From a bacterium (GTDB lineage: Bacteria > Zhuqueibacterota > Zhuqueibacteria > Oceanimicrobiales > Oceanimicrobiaceae), in NCBI GenBank assembly GCA_046757525.1, contig JBHHYI010000133.1:1-11469 (forward strand): DNA of 11,469 nt, in the 5' to 3' direction. Positions 7,522 to 11,469 of this stretch are shown here, piece after piece. Numbering within the stretch: position 1 is the stretch's first letter; every line of letters starts with the position of its first letter. The notes below the pieces were generated by a model. That model was given only the letters and a program-made list of their open reading frames with translations. It was not told where the DNA came from and ran no database searches. The position numbers and the translations under genes are program-made.

Positions 7522-9127
7522 AGTAGTCTCCATTTCTGTCAACCTGCTCTTTTGCCTCATCCTGTTCCTGTCCATGCGAACGCAGTCCGCCAGCGTTCCC
7601 GAGCAACGTGGAGGCACGGTTTTCATCGGTATGAAAGGCGATTTCGATTCTTTAAACGAGCTCACTGCCGCTGATTCAGATGCCTTGCAGGTGATCCAAA
7701 ATATGCTGTTCATGACATTGACCCGACTGAATGAGAATTTGCAATTTGAACCCTACTTGGCGGAGCGCTGGGAATTTTCTCGAGGGGATTCGGTTCTGAC
7801 CTATTATTTGCGGCGGGATGTGGCCTGGAGTGACGGCCATCCAACGACCGCTGAAGATGTGCGGTTCACTTACGCGTTGGCCACCAATCCCAAAGTGGCC
7901 TATCCGGCCAGCAGCCGTTTTGATCTGACGGAAAGCGTCGAGGTTTTGGATGATTACACCGTACGGTTCCGTTTCAAGAAGCCCTATCCGGATGCCTTGT
8001 TTGACACGCAAATACCCATCTTGCCGAAGCACATTCTCGAAGATATCCCGGCGAAAAAGATTGCTGAAGCGGGGTTTAATCGGCAGCCCGTGGGCAACGG
8101 GCCGTTCAAGTTGGCTGCATGGAAAGGCAATCAAAACTTGGTGTTCGTAGCCAATCCTGCTTACACCCTGGGCCGACCCTCGCTGGATCGTGTGGTGTTT
8201 CAGATCATCCCGGATGAAACCGTACTGCTCACAAATTTGCAAACAGGCGCTCTCGATATCGTGCCTTCTTTGACGCCAACAGGTTTCAAGCAAATCCAGA
8301 ACCAGAAATCGCTGCGCGCGGTGCGATACAGTGGACGCGGGTTCTCTTTTGTGGGGTGGAATCTCACCCGACCGCTGTTTTCTAAGCCAGTGCGTCAGGC
8401 CCTCACTTATGCCATCCACAAACAGGAAATCATTGTCACGCTGTTTGAGGGATTTGCGGCACCGGCTAAAGGTCCCCTGCTTCCGTTTGTCTGGGCCTTC
8501 GACGAAGACTTGCCCGATTTTCAATACGATCCGGAAAAAGCCCGGCAAATCTTGCAGCAAGAAGGTTGGTCCGATTCTGATGGTGACGGAATTCTCGACA
8601 AAGCCGGGCAGCCATTCGAGTTCACCATTAAGACCAACGCCGGCAGCCAAACGCGCAAAGATGCGGCGATCATGATTCAAGCGCAATTGCGAAATATCGG
8701 TGTCAAGGCGCAGGTGGAAACGGTGGAGTGGAACTTGTTTATCGAGCAGGTGTTTGAGCAAAAGGATTTCGACGCGGTGATCTTGGGCTGGGATACGGAT
8801 TTCACCGTCAACCCGACCGACTTGTGGCATTCCTCGGCCATCGAAAATGGCTACAATTTTGTCTCTTATAGCAATCCGAAAGTGGACTCGCTTTTAGAGC
8901 AAGGGAGAAATGCCTCAAGACGACACTTAGCGAAACCATTCTGGCATGAATTTCAGAGGATCATCCTGGAAGATTCTCCTTACACCTTTCTGTTCATACC
9001 GGAAAAATTAGCCGGGGTGAGTCGAAGAATACAAAATGTGAAAATGGACGCACGCGGCTTTTTGGCCAACGTTTCCCAATGGCGCATTCCCGAGCATCAA
9101 AGAAAATACCGGGCAGCGAACCATTAA
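7487..9127 (+). CDS. ABC transporter substrate-binding protein, family 5 (OppA/AppA/DppA-like)
   Basis: Basic N-terminus then hydrophobic segment. PYLAERWE...YLRRDVAWSDGHPTTAEDVRFT family-5 signature, PVGNGPFKL, VRQALTYAI, YDPEKARQIL, NFVSYSNPKVDSLL. Overlaps the ATPase gene by 35 nt. Confidence 0.95.
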   Translation: MKKSHKYYPSFKVVSISVNLLFCLILFLSMRTQSASVPEQRGGTVFIGMKGDFDSLNELTAADSDALQVIQNMLFMTLTRLNENLQFEPYLAERWEFSRGDSVLTYYLRRDVAWSDGHPTTAEDVRFTYALATNPKVAYPASSRFDLTESVEVLDDYTVRFRFKKPYPDALFDTQIPILPKHILEDIPAKKIAEAGFNRQPVGNGPFKLAAWKGNQNLVFVANPAYTLGRPSLDRVVFQIIPDETVLLTNLQTGALDIVPSLTPTGFKQIQNQKSLRAVRYSGRGFSFVGWNLTRPLFSKPVRQALTYAIHKQEIIVTLFEGFAAPAKGPLLPFVWAFDEDLPDFQYDPEKARQILQQEGWSDSDGDGILDKAGQPFEFTIKTNAGSQTRKDAAIMIQAQLRNIGVKAQVETVEWNLFIEQVFEQKDFDAVILGWDTDFTVNPTDLWHSSAIENGYNFVSYSNPKVDSLLEQGRNASRRHLAKPFWHEFQRIILEDSPYTFLFIPEKLAGVSRRIQNVKMDARGFLANVSQWRIPEHQRKYRAANH

Positions 9128-9146
9128 CTAAGAGTAAGCTCTTAGT
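9127..9146. repeat. Perfect 8-bp inverted repeat between the SBP and regulator genes
   Basis: ACTAAGAG-taag-CTCTTAGT. It is followed by AAAA rather than a T run, so it is not a canonical + strand terminator. Confidence 0.7.
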
Positions 9147-9175
9147 AAAATAGCAACTTGTAACCGGAGTCCCTT

Positions 9176-10576
9176 GTGCCCTTCAACGTGTTATTCTTTG
9201 GAAATTCCCAAAAGCTGAGTTTGTTCAATGGGTTTACTCAGGCCGGGCCCAAAAGTGTGCTGTTGACTCAAAACAAGGCTGAAGCTTTGAGCATGCTGGC
9301 ACAGGACACGCCCGAAGTCGTGGTGGTGGACTTCGATGAATGCGCGTTGCGACCGTTGGAGTTTGTGAGCGACGTTTTGCAAAAAACCAGGGAGGTCAGA
9401 GTGATCGGCTTGGCGGACACCAGTCCGTTGAGTCTGGTGGTGGCGGCGGTCAAAATGGGGGTTCATGAAGTCATAAACGCCAGGGAGGAGCCGCACAAGC
9501 TTCGTCAGTCCCTCGCACAGATACTCGAGCAATGGCAGGAGCTTGAAAAGGGCCAGCAGTTGCACCTTAATCGCAAGGAGAGATTTGAATTCAGGACCAT
9601 TCTGGGAAATAGCCCCGAAATCCAGCGCATTTTCGAGATCATCACGAAAATCACCCGTCGAAAATGGGTGACGGTGTTGATTCGAGGTGAAACAGGAACC
9701 GGCAAGGAGTTGATTGCACAGGCCATCCATTACGCCAGTTTTAAACAATATCAGCCGTTTGTAGAGATCAATTGCAATGCCTTGCCCGAGAACTTGTTGG
9801 AATCGGAGCTTTTTGGTTATGAAAAGGGCGCGTTTACCGACGCAAAGACACAGAAGAAAGGGCTGTTTGAGCTCGCGCAAAATGGCACGCTGTTCCTGGA
9901 TGAGATCGGGGACACCAGCCCCAAAGTGCAGGTAAAGCTCTTGAAGGCCCTGGAGACAAAAAAAATTCGTCGGCTGGGCGGCACCCGGGACATACAAATC
10001 GACACCCGAATCATCGGAGCGACCAATCGCGATTTGCAAGCTGCCATTCGTGAAGGTCAGTTTCGCAACGACTTGTACTACCGGTTGAATGTGGTTTCCA
10101 TTCAGTTGCCACCATTACGCGAACGTGGTGAAGATGTGATTTTGTTGGCACGACATTTCCTGTCGCAGTATGCCAAAGAGTACGAGAGCCCTTTGCGTGA
10201 TTTTACACCAGAGGCTGTGAGCCTGTTGAGAGACTATTCCTGGCCAGGGAATGTCCGCGAGCTGCAACACACCATTGAACGCGTCGTTCTATTGAGCGAT
10301 GAGAAAATAGTAAGCCCGGACTCTTTAGAGGACGCTATTGAGTCCGACACACCGTTGGCTTTGTCCGTAAAAAAACGGGCTACTTCGGTTAATATCGATA
10401 TCCCTTCCGAAGGCATCAGTCTTGAAGAAGGCGAGAAGAAACTCATTCAGGCCGTGCTGGAGAAAATGGCGTGGAACAAACGCAGAACCTGCCAAATTCT
10501 GAAAATTTCCAGGCCGCGGTTGGACCGAAAAATTGCCAAGTTTGGCTTGTCTCCACTTCAGCAGTTAGATAAGTAA
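9176..10576 (+). CDS. Sigma-54-dependent enhancer-binding protein (NtrC/AtoC-like: receiver-like, AAA+, Fis-type HTH)
   Basis: GTG start with GGAG at 9166-9169. Walker A GETGTGKE, ESELFGYEKGAFTDA loop, Walker B LFLDEIG, FRNDLYYRLNV, sensor II WPGNVREL, HTH WNKRRTCQILKISRPRLDRKI. Confidence 0.96.
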   Translation: MPFNVLFFGNSQKLSLFNGFTQAGPKSVLLTQNKAEALSMLAQDTPEVVVVDFDECALRPLEFVSDVLQKTREVRVIGLADTSPLSLVVAAVKMGVHEVINAREEPHKLRQSLAQILEQWQELEKGQQLHLNRKERFEFRTILGNSPEIQRIFEIITKITRRKWVTVLIRGETGTGKELIAQAIHYASFKQYQPFVEINCNALPENLLESELFGYEKGAFTDAKTQKKGLFELAQNGTLFLDEIGDTSPKVQVKLLKALETKKIRRLGGTRDIQIDTRIIGATNRDLQAAIREGQFRNDLYYRLNVVSIQLPPLRERGEDVILLARHFLSQYAKEYESPLRDFTPEAVSLLRDYSWPGNVRELQHTIERVVLLSDEKIVSPDSLEDAIESDTPLALSVKKRATSVNIDIPSEGISLEEGEKKLIQAVLEKMAWNKRRTCQILKISRPRLDRKIAKFGLSPLQQLDK

Positions 10577-11200
10577 CATTTCTCAGATCAAGTGTGCCTC
10601 GACAGGCACCTGGCCCTTTGAAGTTAGCTGAGAAGGATTCATTCATTCCCCGCAGGTGATGCCTACAAAGCTTGTCCTCGAGAACTCGAGGAGCAGGCGT
10701 CCAGAAAAAACTGTTTACTCCGCCTTCCATGAACTTTTGACACTTTCCTCTTACTGGTCCCGAATCTTTTTCTCCTGTTTCTATTCACAAACTTTTTTGG
10801 GGTTTAATCTTTTTTTGTTTAATTCTTACGCATTTGTAATTATTTGTCAGTATAAAATCCATAACATTTTTGTAATAATAGTGCCCGACACTTTTTGACA
10901 GTTTTCCTTGGGGGAAGTATTTGCTCGCCTTAATAAAAGATGCATTTCGCTTTTCCAACTTTGTTTTAACGATACTTCTTACTTTTAATTTGACTGAAAG
11001 GTAACATAGAGCCTTCGCGCATGGCAAGGTTCGCTTCGGTTGCTGTAATCACTGAGGCCGTCCCTTCGGTACCATTACGCTGTCATTCCAATCAGAGTCG
11101 CCCTTCGCAAACAGCACTTCAATAGGCAGCAAGAGTCTAAATAATCTGTTTAAGCTAAAGCTACTACCAATCCATCACCTTTCATTAACCGAGGACAAAA

Positions 11201-11469
11201 ATGAAGCGTGCAGTGATAAAGATTTTCATGGGATCGTTGCTTTTATTTCACGGCTTACCTGCTCGAAGTTTTGCCCAGACACAGACGGTTTTCAATCCCA
11301 CCGATGATGCATTTGTCATATCCAGCAATCCAACATCGAACAACGGTTCGGCAACGGACCTGCGGGTGGTGACCAGAAATACCATAGAGGTGTTGAGCTT
11401 CTTGAAGTTCGATGTCAGCGGCATCACGGGAACGGTTCAGAGTGCAAAGATTCGCCTGACCGTGACCAA
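11201..11469 (+). CDS. Secreted protein with N-terminal DNRLRE/CBM96-like domain, 3'-truncated
   Basis: Not in the ORF track. RBS GAGGA at 11191-11195 and the frame is open to the window end: MKRAVIKIFMGSLLLFHGLPARSFA-QTQTVFNPTDDAFVISSNPTSNNGSATDLRVVTRNTIEVLSFLKFDVSGITGTVQSAKIRLTVT. Signal peptide ends S-F-A. The P-x-x-DAFV...P-x-x-N-x-G...L-x-V...SFLKFD-x-SG...V-x-SA-x-IRL pattern is typical of this family. Confidence 0.85.
   Translation, partial: MKRAVIKIFMGSLLLFHGLPARSFAQTQTVFNPTDDAFVISSNPTSNNGSATDLRVVTRNTIEVLSFLKFDVSGITGTVQSAKIRLTVT

Noticed and set aside
7676..10039. Long minus-strand ORFs 7676-8830 and 9191-10039
   Set aside because: Antisense to the SBP and activator genes, which carry full family motifs; the antisense products have none.
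10656..11027. 80-aa ORFs at 10656-10898 (+) and 10785-11027 (-)
   Set aside because: Phe/Ile- or Lys-rich translations of T/A tracts with no RBS or motifs; more likely non-coding regulatory DNA.
11022..11044. TGGCAAG...TTGC as a sigma-54 promoter for the last gene
   Set aside because: The GG-to-GC spacing is not the required 10 nt.

Overview
Bacterial window with every credible gene on the + strand. It holds (1) the 3' end of a protein made of near-identical 77-aa DUF5666-like tandem repeats; (2) a 922-aa secreted protein with a signal peptide, nine diverged DUF5666-like repeats and a T9SS-type A/FlgD-Ig-like C-terminal sorting domain; (3) an Opp/Dpp-family ABC importer in the order permease B, ~340-bp AT-rich gap, permease C, one ATPase, solute-binding protein; (4) a sigma-54 enhancer-binding protein with a degenerate receiver domain; (5) a ~620-bp intergenic region; and (6) the start of a secreted DNRLRE/CBM96-like protein that the ORF track misses. 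The NYPNPFNPST-type tail suggests an FCB-related lineage such as KSB1, Calditrichota, Ignavibacteria or Zixibacteria (inference only). The most interesting signals are a correctly spaced sigma-54 promoter with an adjacent IHF-like site inside the transporter cluster, an 18/21-nt motif shared upstream of both secreted-protein genes, mosaic repeats with charge-switching loops, and several structured intergenic segments. Together they suggest an uncharacterised sigma-54-controlled surface-protein and solute-import locus. All domain calls are by eye; no searches were run.
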